A stretch of 64,000 nucleotides of DNA from Octopus vulgaris (Eukaryota). Positions within the stretch are counted from its first letter, which is position 1. Every line of letters starts with the position of its first letter. Location of the stretch: NCBI GenBank assembly GCA_951406725.2, contig OX597836.1:14198001-14262000 (forward strand), read 5' to 3'. The notes below the pieces were generated by a model. It was not told where the DNA came from and did not search any database. It was given only the letters and a program-made list of their open reading frames with translations. A program made the translations under genes and the position numbers. Below, piece after piece: positions 51,596-64,000 of the stretch.

Positions 51596-52525
51596 GGTCT
51601 GAACATATTAAATTTCGGTGGCAGAGGAAACAGAACGAGGAGGAGAGAAGGGATGGTGAACAGCTGAAGAAACGAAGGGACAATCGATGTGAAGAAGTAG
51701 GAGGACGAGGAGGGTAAAGTGGGAGTAGAGGAGTGAGGAGTAAAGAAAATGAAGGGGGAGGAGTTATGGCGAGTCGGGGGAAAAGTGAGGGGGTGTGAAA
51801 GAGTAGGAGAAACGTGGTGGTAGAGGTGTGAGGAAGTGGAAACAGAATGGTGGGAGGGGGGTCTGCAGTAGAAGAGGACGAAAAAGTAGATAGAGAGGGA
51901 AAAGAAATAGAGGGAAGGGGAGGTGAAGAATAATGCAAAAATTTAGTTGAGTATGTGTGTACACATATATATATATATGAATATATGCATATATATATAT
52001 ATGTGTGTATAGTGTGTGTGTATGTATGTATGTATGTGTATATATGTATTGTGTGTGTATGTATGTGTATATATATATATATATATTGCATATATATGTA
52101 GTGTGTATGTCTATGTATGTGTATATATATATATATATATATTTGCATATATATGTATAGTGTGTGTATGTCTATGTATGTGTATATATATATTGCATAT
52201 ATATGTATAGTGTGTGTATGTATGTATATATATATATATATATGCATATATATGTATAGTGTATGTGTGTATATATATTGTATGTGTGAGTGCAAGTATT
52301 TATGTATAAGTATTATGCGTATATATATATATATATATATAATATAAATATATGTATATATACATACATATATGTACATACCTACATCTATATGTATATA
52401 TACACGCATATATGGGTACAGGACATAAAAAAAAAAACGTCGAACACAATGAGAAACGAAAACATAAAAACAATAACATGGAAACGAACTTTTTTTCAAA
52501 CAACGAAAAAAACAGAGTACAAGAC

Positions 52526-52569
<44 letters not shown>

Positions 52570-53014
52570 CACACGCATGTGTACATGTGCCCATACGCAC
52601 ATGTACAGATAACGTCTAAGTGCTTATCTAATGATGTTGGAGTGCAAATGATATCGTGTTATTGAGTAATGTGATATCAGGCGGTATATTGGTAGTGATG
52701 GTGGTGGTTGCGTGTTAACGTATAGAAATATATGGAAGGATGAAAGGGACAAAAGAAAAAAAAATGTTGAGAGAGAGGGGACGGGGAAGGAAAAAAGGAG
52801 ATAAAGGAAGAAAAAGACAGAAAAGGGGAAGAATAGTGTTATGGTGAATGAAATACAAGAAAAGAACACGTGTGAAAGAGTGATATATGCGAGGACAAGA
52901 AAGAAAATGGGAGTCTGTGTAGAAGATATCTATAATGTGTTTCCGTATTTGGACTGCGGCTATGCTGGGACACTGCCTCGAAGGGTTTAGTGCAGTGGTT
53001 CACAGCCTAGGGTC

Positions 53015-53431
53015 CGGATCATTTCGGTTTGAACGGCAGTTTTTTAAAAATAATTCCCACGTAACTAAACACTTTTAAACTTCGTATACTGGTAGAATGT
53101 GTTTATAAAACATCTTTTTCTCTTGGCTTTATTGAGAAAATTCTATAGTTTCTAAGATATTTGTTGTTTTTTTTTCTTCAATTTCTGCAATTTCAACCAA
53201 TCAATGACCGTCTATTGAGGTGAAAACATGCTGTGCCGTATGAATATGTCCCTCGTTTAAGAAACAGATTGGGTTTATTTACATTTGTGAAGAAAAAAAA
53301 GATACCCTTCCCCCTAACCCTAACCCTAAAACAGATTGAAATGCAATAGATCGATACTAGGGTCATAATTATGGGTGACAATTTCATATGACACCGCTAG
53401 AAAAAACTACCGTTCAAACCGAAAAGATCCG
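53015..53431. mobile_element. MITE with ~30-bp TIRs and target duplication, nested in a hAT-like end
   Basis: CGGATCATTTCGGTTTGAACGGCAGTTTTTT / AAAAAACTACCGTTCAAACCGAAAAGATCCG, AGGGTC on both flanks; host begins CAGTGGTTC. Confidence 0.8.
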
Positions 53432-54459
53432 AGGGTCCACGGACGCCTGGTGGTCCGCAAAGGTAGTACTAGGGATCCATGAACTAAATTCAAAATTTCA
53501 CTTTTATAGTATTTCACAGAAGTATGTACACCCCTAAAAAGATTTCAGTAAAATTGCCATTACTCCTATAATATTGAAGGAAAGCAAAGAAATTTTTTAC
53601 TGAATAAAATATATTATACATACAAACGTTATACAAATTTGGAACACAAAACAATCAACACTTTCAAAGATATGAAAGAAATATTAATTTTCAAAAGTTA
53701 CAAAAATATGTACACCCTAAAGGATTATTTGCTATATTCAATACTTTATCCACTGAAAAATTTTTTTTTTTTTTTTTTTACTAAATTCAGATATTGCTGA
53801 TAATTTCAATTCTAATAAATTATTTCTCCTGGCATTTTTGCACCGGTCATTGGTTATTGCATTTGCAGGAATTCTGATTTGTGTTCCGTGGTGAAAATCT
53901 TCTTCGGTGTGATTAAAATGGCACCAAAAGAAAAAGAATTGTCTGAAGATTTACTCTTTTACTTGTTTCAGTCATTTGACTGTGGCCATGCTGGAACACC
54001 GCCATTAGTCGAGCAAATGGTCCCCAGGACTTATTCTTTGTAAGCCTAGTACTTATTCTATCGGTCTCTTTTGCCAAACCGCTAAGTTACGGGGACATAA
54101 ACACACCAGCATCGGTTGTCAAGCGATGTTGGGGGGGGGGACAAACACAGACACACAAACACATACATATATATATATATATATCCCCGTAACTTAGCGG
54201 TTCGGCAAAAGATGCCGATAGAATAAGTACTAGGCTTACAAAGAATAGGTCCTGGGGGTCGATTTGCTCGATTAAAGGCGGTGCTCCAGCATGGCCACAG
54301 CCAAATGACTGAAAGAAGTAAAAAAGTAAGAGGTAAAACTGACCTCGGTGGAGTTCGAACTCAGAACCTAAAGAAATGCTGCTAAGCATTTATGTCCAAC
54401 GCGCTAGCAATTCTGCTCTCTTTCTCCGCCTTAAAATATCGGTTTCAAATTTTGGCATA

Positions 54460-55233
54460 AGGCTCGCAAGTTTGGCAGAGGTAATAAATCGATTATATCG
54501 ATTCCAGTGGTACCTGAACTGGTACCTGTTTTATCGACCCCGAAAGGGATGAACGGCAAAGTCAATCTCGGCGGAATTTGAACTCAGAACGTAGAGGCAG
54601 ACAAAATACCTATTTCTTTACTCTGTGTTTAGCCCTTTGTCGGCAAGAAAGAATTAAATAATAATAATAATAATAATCCTTTCTACTAAAGGCACAAGGC
54701 TTGAAATTTTTTGGGGAAGTGACTAGCCGATTACATCGACTTCAGTGTTTCACTGGTACTTAATTTATTGACCCCAAAAAGGATGAAAGGTAAAGTCGGC
54801 CTCGGCGGAATTTGAACTCAGAACGTAGCGACGGGCGAAATACATATTTCTTTACTACCCACAAGGGGCTAAACACAGAGAAGACAAACGGATTAAGTCG
54901 ATTATATCGACCCCAGTGCGTAACTAGTACTTATTTAATCGACCCCGAAAGGATGAAAGGCAAAGTCGACCTCGGCGGAATTTGAACTCAGAACGTAGCG
55001 ACGGGCGAAAATACCTATTTCTTTACTACCCACAAGGGGCTAAACACAGAGAAGACAAACGGATTAAGTCGATTACGTCGACACCAGTGCGTAACAGGTA
55101 CTTATTTAATCGACCCCGAAAGGATGAAAGGCAAAGTCGACCACGGCGGAATTTGAACTCAGAACGTAACGGCAGACGAAAAACGGCTAAGCATTTCGCC
55201 CGGTGTGCTAACGTTTCTGCTAATTCGCTGCCT
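54460..55233 (-). mobile_element. Head-to-tail array of SINE family B units
   Basis: Four repeats of the central domain, ~175-bp period for the distal units. Confidence 0.8.
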
Positions 55234-56327
55234 TAATAATAGTAACAATGATAATAATAATAATATATAATAATAATAATAGTAACAATGATAATAATAA
55301 TAATATATAATAATAATAATAATGGTGACGATAATAATAAATAATAAAGGAAAATGGTGATAATAATAAAAATAAAGAAGAAAATATAACAAGAAGACGA
55401 AAAGGAAGAAAAAGAATAATGATTACGAAGAAGGCAAAAAAAGGAAAAAGGGAAGGAAGAAAAAGGATAATAACAATGAAGGAGACAGAAGGTAAAGAAG
55501 AAGAAGAAGACGGAAAGTAGAAGAAATGAAAGATGATTGTTTAAGATATTCTGCTGCCTCTTTGAATAGAAAAGGTGAGAAACGATTCATTTCCGGTGGA
55601 AGAACGTGTAAACAGATGCAATGATAAAACTTGTTGGAGAGCAAACGTCTTTTGCAGAAAAATCTAGAAGGCAGAAGAGATTTTATTTCGATCGTCTGCT
55701 TTTATGCAATTTGTTTGTTGGTTGATTTCGTTTGTTAAGTTGTTTCCGCCATTCTTAAACTGACCGACGTTAAAGTCCTCAACGGCTTTTCGTCAATTAG
55801 AATTTGGTGAAAGGAAATTGGACATCAACTGATGTCTGAATAAAATAGTTCCGATTCTCATTTAAGAGAAACAAAAACACTGATTTCTCTCTGTCCCTCT
55901 CACACTCCATTTTATTTTCTTCCATTTCCTCCTTTCTCTATTTCGTTTTCTCTTTCGTTTTCTCCACCTCTTCCGCTCTCTCTCTCTCTTTCTCTCTCTC
56001 ATTAATTCTCTCCTCTATTGCTCCCCACCGTCACCCATTTTCGATAAAGAGATCTCGCAAATTGTGTTTGAAGGGAAAAAATAAATTATCAAGAAGGGGG
56101 GAAAAAGAAGTTGAGGCACCATTCAAAACGTTTTGTACAACCGACAAATATGGATAGAATAAAGCCTCAGAGAGAAAAAAAAAATGATGTCTTCTGTCTG
56201 TCTGTCTGTGCGGCTTGCCTTCATTCTATGTTTTTTTGGTGGGGGGTTGTTTTCAAATAAAACAGTAATATTAATTTCATGATCAAACAAACACTTGAGG
56301 TGTACGAAAAATAGCATAGCGGTCGGT

Positions 56328-56397
<70 letters not shown>

Positions 56398-58039
56398 TAC
56401 ACACACACAGACACACACAAACACACATATATATTGTTTATTTATATATTTATTTTATTGTTTTTGCAGTTTTGTTGTGTTATTTTTGTCACTGTTACAA
56501 CATTTTTGAACCATGTCAAGAGGAAATGATATTTCTCTATTGGCCGGCTTCTTTCTTATATCTTCCTCAATAATAATAATAATAATAATAATAATGATAA
56601 TAATAAATGCCATTAATCGTCGAACGAAAGAAACAAGATGGCGAAATCTGTGTTTTTAAGAAGAAAAGAAAAGAAAAAAAAAACGAAAGGAAAAGGAATA
56701 AGGTTTTGCTGTTTAGTAAATCTTTCTTTTTTTTTGTGTGTGTTTGTGTTAAGATTATTTTGTTGTATATTTTGGCTTGTATGTTTTTTATGTATGTAAT
56801 TTTACTTTGCATTATTTTATTGATCCGGCAAAAGCAAGTTTGTTTAGTAAAATTACTCACGCTAATGCATGAAAATACGATAATAATGCTATTGAATAAA
56901 TTTATTTGTTCACCAATACAAGGCCGACACTTATAACAGTCACCGTGTGTCTGTCTACCTTCATAACAAAAAAAAAAAACAACACAAAAATAAACGATGA
57001 AATACCATACAATATAAAACAGAAAGACAAAGCAAAGCCCCTCCACTCCAACACTAACCACCATTAGCATCTTAGCGATGTGTCCATAGAACGAAGAAAA
57101 TAACTCGAAAAATACGTCGTTTTCCGTTTATTTCCGCCAACTGGAGTGTGTTGTTTTTAATGAAAGCCAAAATATATAAGAGGAAGTACAAGTCGTGGTG
57201 ATTTGTTTTGGAAGAGAAGCAAAAATATTTATCAAAACTCTTGTGGAGAATAGCAAAATGGAATAATTCAGAGACATAAGGTAAAAGAAGGTTGGTGGGA
57301 AACGAGAAAGAAAGGGAGGGGGAGAAAGAGAGGGGGAGAAAGAGAGGGGGAAGGTGTGAGGAAGGGTGGAGTACGAGGGCACTGGAGAAGACAGAAGAGG
57401 ACGAAGGAAAGAAAAAAGATAATAAGGGAAAAAGACAAAATATATGTGAGGAACATGGAAGAAAGGTACTTGTATGGTTGTGTGTGTGTGTGGTTGAGAA
57501 GTTCACTTGTTACCCACGTAGTTCTGGGTTCGATCCTGCGCTGTATGCGGTACTTTAGGGGAAGGGTATTATTTGTACCAAAGGCCTCGATCCTGACACC
57601 TCATTACTTTCTGAGTGGAACTTGCTAGATGGAGACTATGCGGTGCGGAAGCCCATCTATGCATGTGTGTATGTAAACATACACATACATACACACGGAT
57701 ATATATATATATATATGTATGTATAAAGCTGAAGTTGTCTGTGTATGTATGGGTGTATGGCAGGTTTGGTAGCCTTCAACTAACACTATCTCCTCCGAGA
57801 CCCTATAACGCAATTTGGGAGTATGATAGAAGGCTTGCTCTTCATTCTGCAGAAGAAAAAAATTCAAATCGGACCATGTTAAGACTAAAAATTATTTACA
57901 TAAAAAAGGTGCATTTTTTCTATGAAAATCCCTAATTTTTACGATTTTTTGACTGCTGTGTCGCCATTTTTCGGTGTATTTCAACCCAAAAAATGTTCAC
58001 TTAAAGAGAATAACAAGCTACATAATGCAAAATTTTTAC

Positions 58040-58620
58040 TTTTCAAAAAATACTGGTGGAACGGCACAATAAAAACATCAATTCGGTGCAAGCATAATAG
58101 ACACGATATCGTTCTGTGGGACAGGGAACAAATGTCATGTACTGTTGTAGAGTCAGCTGCCCAGTGGATGTGAATGCACAATCAAAAGTCCAGGAAAAAG
58201 AGAACATTTATGGGGAATTAATGTGGAACTTACATCTCTTGTACCCTGACTATGAATTCTCATTTGTACCTATTATCAAAAGTACATTAGGTTATGTACC
58301 AACAAATTTGCACAAAAACCTTGAAATACTCGGTTTCAATGAAAAAGAGAAAAAGAAACTGACATGGAATCTTTAAATCCAATGTATTAGTGGCACAGTG
58401 AAAATGTGTAAGACATTCTAAAAATTCTCCGTCTGAGATTCTCATTTGAATAGATGCACACAATCGGGTGCATGCGTTGACAGCTCAACCAATACACCAA
58501 CTCAGCCGAATATTCACAAACACCGGGATGTCTTTTAACTCAAAAAGTCTTGTCGCTTTGTTAGCGACCGGCTTGAGCTCTCCCAAGAAGAGCTTAAATG
58601 AGCTTAAAAGACAAATCATA
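58040..58620 (+). pseudogene. 3' remnant of restriction-like-endonuclease LINE (R4/NeSL-like)
   Basis: KHNRHDIVLWD...VVE(V)SCPVD.N...K..EK...Y...FVPII..LG pattern, frameshifted, then 3' UTR. Confidence 0.7.
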
Positions 58621-58670
58621 CATACAGATATACGTGCGTACGTACGTATGTATGTATGTATGTATGTATG

Positions 58671-58701
<31 letters not shown>

Positions 58702-58784
58702 GAAATGAAGTAAAAAATGCAGAAAGAATATATTAAAATTGATTAGAATTTAATTAGATTTTGAAACAGGAATACGTTTTTTGG

Positions 58785-58825
<41 letters not shown>

Positions 58826-58827
58826 CA

Positions 58828-58859
<32 letters not shown>

Positions 58860-58964
58860 ATTAAGAGAAATAACATCTATTACTATATAACTATTTCTAT
58901 CTATCGCTCCACCACCGCTCATGTCTCTTCGAGACATTTAGAAATTTAATATTTCTGATATTTC

Positions 58965-58995
<31 letters not shown>

Positions 58996-59052
58996 GCATG
59001 TATGTACGTATATATGTATGTATATGCGTCTATGCGGGAGTGTGAATGTATG

Positions 59053-59103
<51 letters not shown>

Positions 59104-59219
59104 GTATATCTATATGTATAAGTGGCTAAATATATATGTATCATGTTACGTGTATGCATGTAAACACCTGTGTCTATATGAGGATGAGGCTGCGTACACA
59201 AATACATATATTATACATA

Positions 59220-60280
<1,061 letters not shown>

Positions 60281-60286
60281 TGAGTG

Positions 60287-60479
60287 AAGGCGCATGGCTC
60301 AGTGGTTAGAGCGTCGAGCTTACGATCGTGAGGTTGTGAGTTCGAATCCCGCACTGGGCTGTGTGTTGTGTTCTTGAGCAGACTGCTGGTCTTCCATAAA
60401 CAACCTTGCCAGGACTTGTGCTTGGGAGGGTAACTTCCTAGGTGCAATTCCATGGCCAGTAATGACCGAAGGGGGTCTC
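60287..60479 (+). mobile_element. Internally deleted copy of head 2 / tail W SINE
   Basis: Head to TTGAGCA joined directly to GACTGCTGGTCTTCC. Confidence 0.75.
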
Positions 60480-60486
60480 AGCATAC

Positions 60487-60537
<51 letters not shown>

Positions 60538-61179
60538 AATATACACACACATATATATATATATATATATATGTATGCGTATTCGTGCGTGCATGCGTGT
60601 GTGTTTCGACCTAAAGGTAGCTATAGACTCAATGATGGTAATGGTAGTGGTGGTGGTTGTTGATAGAGGTGGTGAAGTTGAGAAGGCAGTGTTGGCGGCG
60701 GTAGTTGTTAGTGGTGGTGGTGGTGTTGTTGGTGGGGATGGTGGTGATGGTGGTGTTGTTGGTGGTGATGGTGGTGGTAGCGTTGTTGTTGGTGATAATG
60801 GTGGTGGAGGTGGTGATGGCGGTGATGGTTTTACTATAACTGACTAGGAAGTGTAGGGGATTGGTGTTGATAGTGGTTGTTGTTCTGGTGGTAGTAGTGG
60901 TAGTGGTGATGGTTGTGATGGATATATTGCGCTGTCTCCACTGTCCTAACCACCCCATGTGTCCGTTTAAGCGAGTTCCATACTACACTTCCGAGATGCA
61001 ACTGTGAACCCTGCATAGTGCAATGTGACAGTCTGAATACGGTGCACCTTCTCTGCTACATAACATGCAGTCTATTTCCACACTCCTGCACATTACAACA
61101 TGCAACCGTGAATCTTATAGGGTGCAGTGAGACATTCTGGACATAGTGCACACTCTCTGCTATCTAATCTGCTCCTATT

Positions 61180-62109
61180 CTTAGACGACCACATTCCGCC
61201 ATTAATGACGACACCATCCATAAAGTGGAAGCCGCCATTTTAGCGGATCACAGCAATACTAATCGGCAATTAGTCTAAGAAGTGAAGATAAGTGTAAGGT
61301 CCGTGGAAAAAAATCATTCACGACCATTTGCACATGCGGAAGTTGTCTTCACGATGGATTCCCCGGATACTCACACCTTTTCAGAAGCAGGAATGAGTCA
61401 ATTGCTCTCGTGATCTTTTGGCAATGTACCAAGAAAATGAGAAGGACATTTTTTTTACAGACTTATCTCACAGGATGAAACATGAGTCCATCACTATGTT
61501 CCTGAGACTAAAGTCCAATCGAAGCAATAGAAGCATGATAACTCACCACCTCCAAAGAAGGCTCGTGTCCAACCCTCAGCAGGCAAGGTGATGCTCAGTT
61601 TTTTGAGACCGCGCAGAGTAGTGATGATAGATTTTCTGGCAAAGGGCACCACAATTAACGGGACATGTTGTGCTTCTCTGCTGAAGAAATTGCGGGACGC
61701 CTTCAAAGCAGAAAGGTATGGTATTCTGACCAAAGGAGTCCGCCTCCTCCAAGACAGCGCCCCAGTTCACAATGCGCATGTTGCCCAGATGAAAGCATAT
61801 TGCTGCGGCTACGAAATCATTCCTCAACCACCTTACTCTCCCGACCTTACACTATCTAACTTCCATCTCTTTCCAACAATGAAACCTTTTTTTGAAGAGG
61901 ATGAACTTACTTCCGAGGTAAGGTCTTGGCTCCAGACGCAATCTACCGACTTCTACAGATGAGATCTTTACAGCTGCATAAAATGATGGTAGAAGTGTAT
62001 CACCATTGGTGGTGGCTATGTAGAGAAGGACTAATAATTATGCCAAGTTTCGTTCATCTCAGTCCTCGGGAAGTGGGTCAGGGGAAATCTTTAATGAACA
62101 CCCCACGTG
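61180..62109 (+). pseudogene. Decayed mariner transposase with right TIR
   Basis: DET*VHHYVPETK, PSAGKVM, LLQDSAPVH, PPYSPDL motifs; terminal CTTTAATGAACACCCCACG. Confidence 0.9.
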
Positions 62110-62271
62110 TATACATACATACATCCATCCATCCATCCATCCATCCATCCATCCATCCATCCATACATACATACATACATACATACATACATACATACAT
62201 ACATACGTACGTACATACATACATGCATGCACGCACGCACGCATACATACATACATACATACATACATACA

Positions 62272-62339
<68 letters not shown>

Positions 62340-62792
62340 CACACATATGTATGTATGTATATATATATTTATATGTATGTATATAAACGCAGTGAGAGAG
62401 AGAGAGAGAGAGAGATTGAGATAGATAGATAGATAGATAGGTAGAGGGAGAAAGAGAGACAGAGAGACAGAGAGAGAGAGTAAGAGAGAGAGGGGTGGAG
62501 AGTGAGCGAGTAAGAGAGAGAGGGGTGGAGAGTGAGCGAGTGAGAGAGAGAGGAGAGAAGTGAGTGAGAGAGAGATGGGGTGGGGAGATAAAACAGCGAC
62601 CCATGCAGTTCTCCAAAAATCAAGAAAAGAGAAAGACACCGCTTTGGTAGGCTCTAGTCGTCGTCCATTTTTAAAACAGTAAAGCAGAAGGATATTTGAT
62701 GTTGTTTACATAATTGATACAAATAAACAAGAGGAAAACCAATAATTTAATGGCCAAAATCCATAACGATATCAAACCCTTCCTCCTTTCAC

Positions 62793-62884
<92 letters not shown>

Positions 62885-63056
62885 GGGAGAGGGAGGGAGA
62901 AACAGAAAACGATAACCGCTATTTACATTTCCCTACGAAGATTTTTGACCACATGTTTCCAAAATAAGTCCTGTTCTCTATTAACACACGGGCACGATGC
63001 TGCGTATATACAGACCATCACACACACGCGCACACACACATACATACACACAGATA

Positions 63057-63090
<34 letters not shown>

Positions 63091-63174
63091 TAGATAGATA
63101 GATACACACGCACAGACATAAATGTATGCATACAATCATGCACACACACACACACACACACACGAATACGAAAA

Positions 63175-63364
63175 AGAAGACGACGACGACGACGAAGAAG
63201 AAGAAGAAGAAGAAGAAGAAGAAGAAGAAGAAGAAGAAGAAGGAGGAGGAGGAGGAGGAGGAGAAGAAGAAGTAGAAGAAGAAGAAGAGGGAGTAGGAAA
63301 AGAAGAAGAAGAGGAAGAAGAAAAAGGTGATGATGGTAATGGTGATGATGACGACGACGACGAC

Positions 63365-63462
<98 letters not shown>

Positions 63463-63493
63463 GGATGATGATTATGATGATGATGATGATGAA

Positions 63494-63553
<60 letters not shown>

Positions 63554-63629
63554 GGTGGTGGTGGTGGTGGTGGTGGTAGTAGCGGTGGCGACAGCGGCGG
63601 TGATGGTGAAGAAGAAGAAGAAGAAGGAG

Positions 63630-63675
<46 letters not shown>
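63175..63675. repeat. Compound trinucleotide microsatellite (GAC/GAA/GGA/GAT/GGT/GTC)
   Basis: Direct reading. Confidence 0.95.
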
Positions 63676-64000
63676 AAGACAACCACAAATTACAAAGAAG
63701 GCGCAAGAAGATGAAAGATGAAAGAAGATGAACAAAGAAAGGAAGGAGAAGGAGAAGGAGAAGGAGAAAAAAAAGATGACGAAAATGGAGAAACGAGATA
63801 TTGAACTTTGCCATCTCGACATCTGTAATGCGACATAAAAAGATTATCGGATTAACTAAACCCACGAGGGGAATATCTTGGTAATTGCATTAGTTAATAC
63901 TATATTAACAGTTGGGATTACACAGGGATTTGACGACGTGACAATCACAGTTTAGCGCCCACCTTCTCTTCTCTATCTATCTTTCTATCTATCTATCTAT

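Noticed and set aside
55423-55644. Protein-looking minus-strand ORF (HVLPPEMNRFSPFLFKEAAEYLKQ)
   Set aside because: No recognisable family, non-ATG start, no convincing splice sites
56905-56960. Possible microRNA hairpin
   Set aside because: No match to a miRNA seed I recognise and no clear 60-70 nt stem
60287-60362. tRNA gene
   Set aside because: A/B boxes present but acceptor stem incomplete and it runs into SINE body; same for 30187, 44238, 51320
63122-63721. 199-aa poly-D/E/G/V ORF
   Set aside because: Compound trinucleotide microsatellite open in several frames; no splice or homology support

Overview
Eukaryotic, AT-rich, microsatellite- and retroposon-dense genomic DNA; the repeat families look like those of an octopus (coleoid cephalopod), which is an inference from repeat appearance. 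One protein-coding gene spans most of the window on the + strand: PRKCSH (glucosidase II beta subunit), 16 coding exons from 4433 to 48955. All introns are GT-AG, the frame is intact (1740 nt, 579 aa) and the protein ends in RDEL. The rest is tRNA-derived SINEs of several families, decayed mariner transposons, MITEs, non-autonomous Helitrons, RTE and restriction-like-endonuclease LINE remnants, minisatellites and microsatellites. Nearly all ORFs in the supplied track are repeat artefacts. The most notable non-standard signals are: (i) hammerhead-ribozyme folds in small inverted-repeat elements sitting inside (TA)n tracts, and in a tRNA-headed SINE-like element; (ii) a miniature tandem LTR element with two different primer-binding sites; (iii) head/tail-shuffled and head-to-tail multimeric SINEs. 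Repeat boundaries were read by eye and may be off by several bases.
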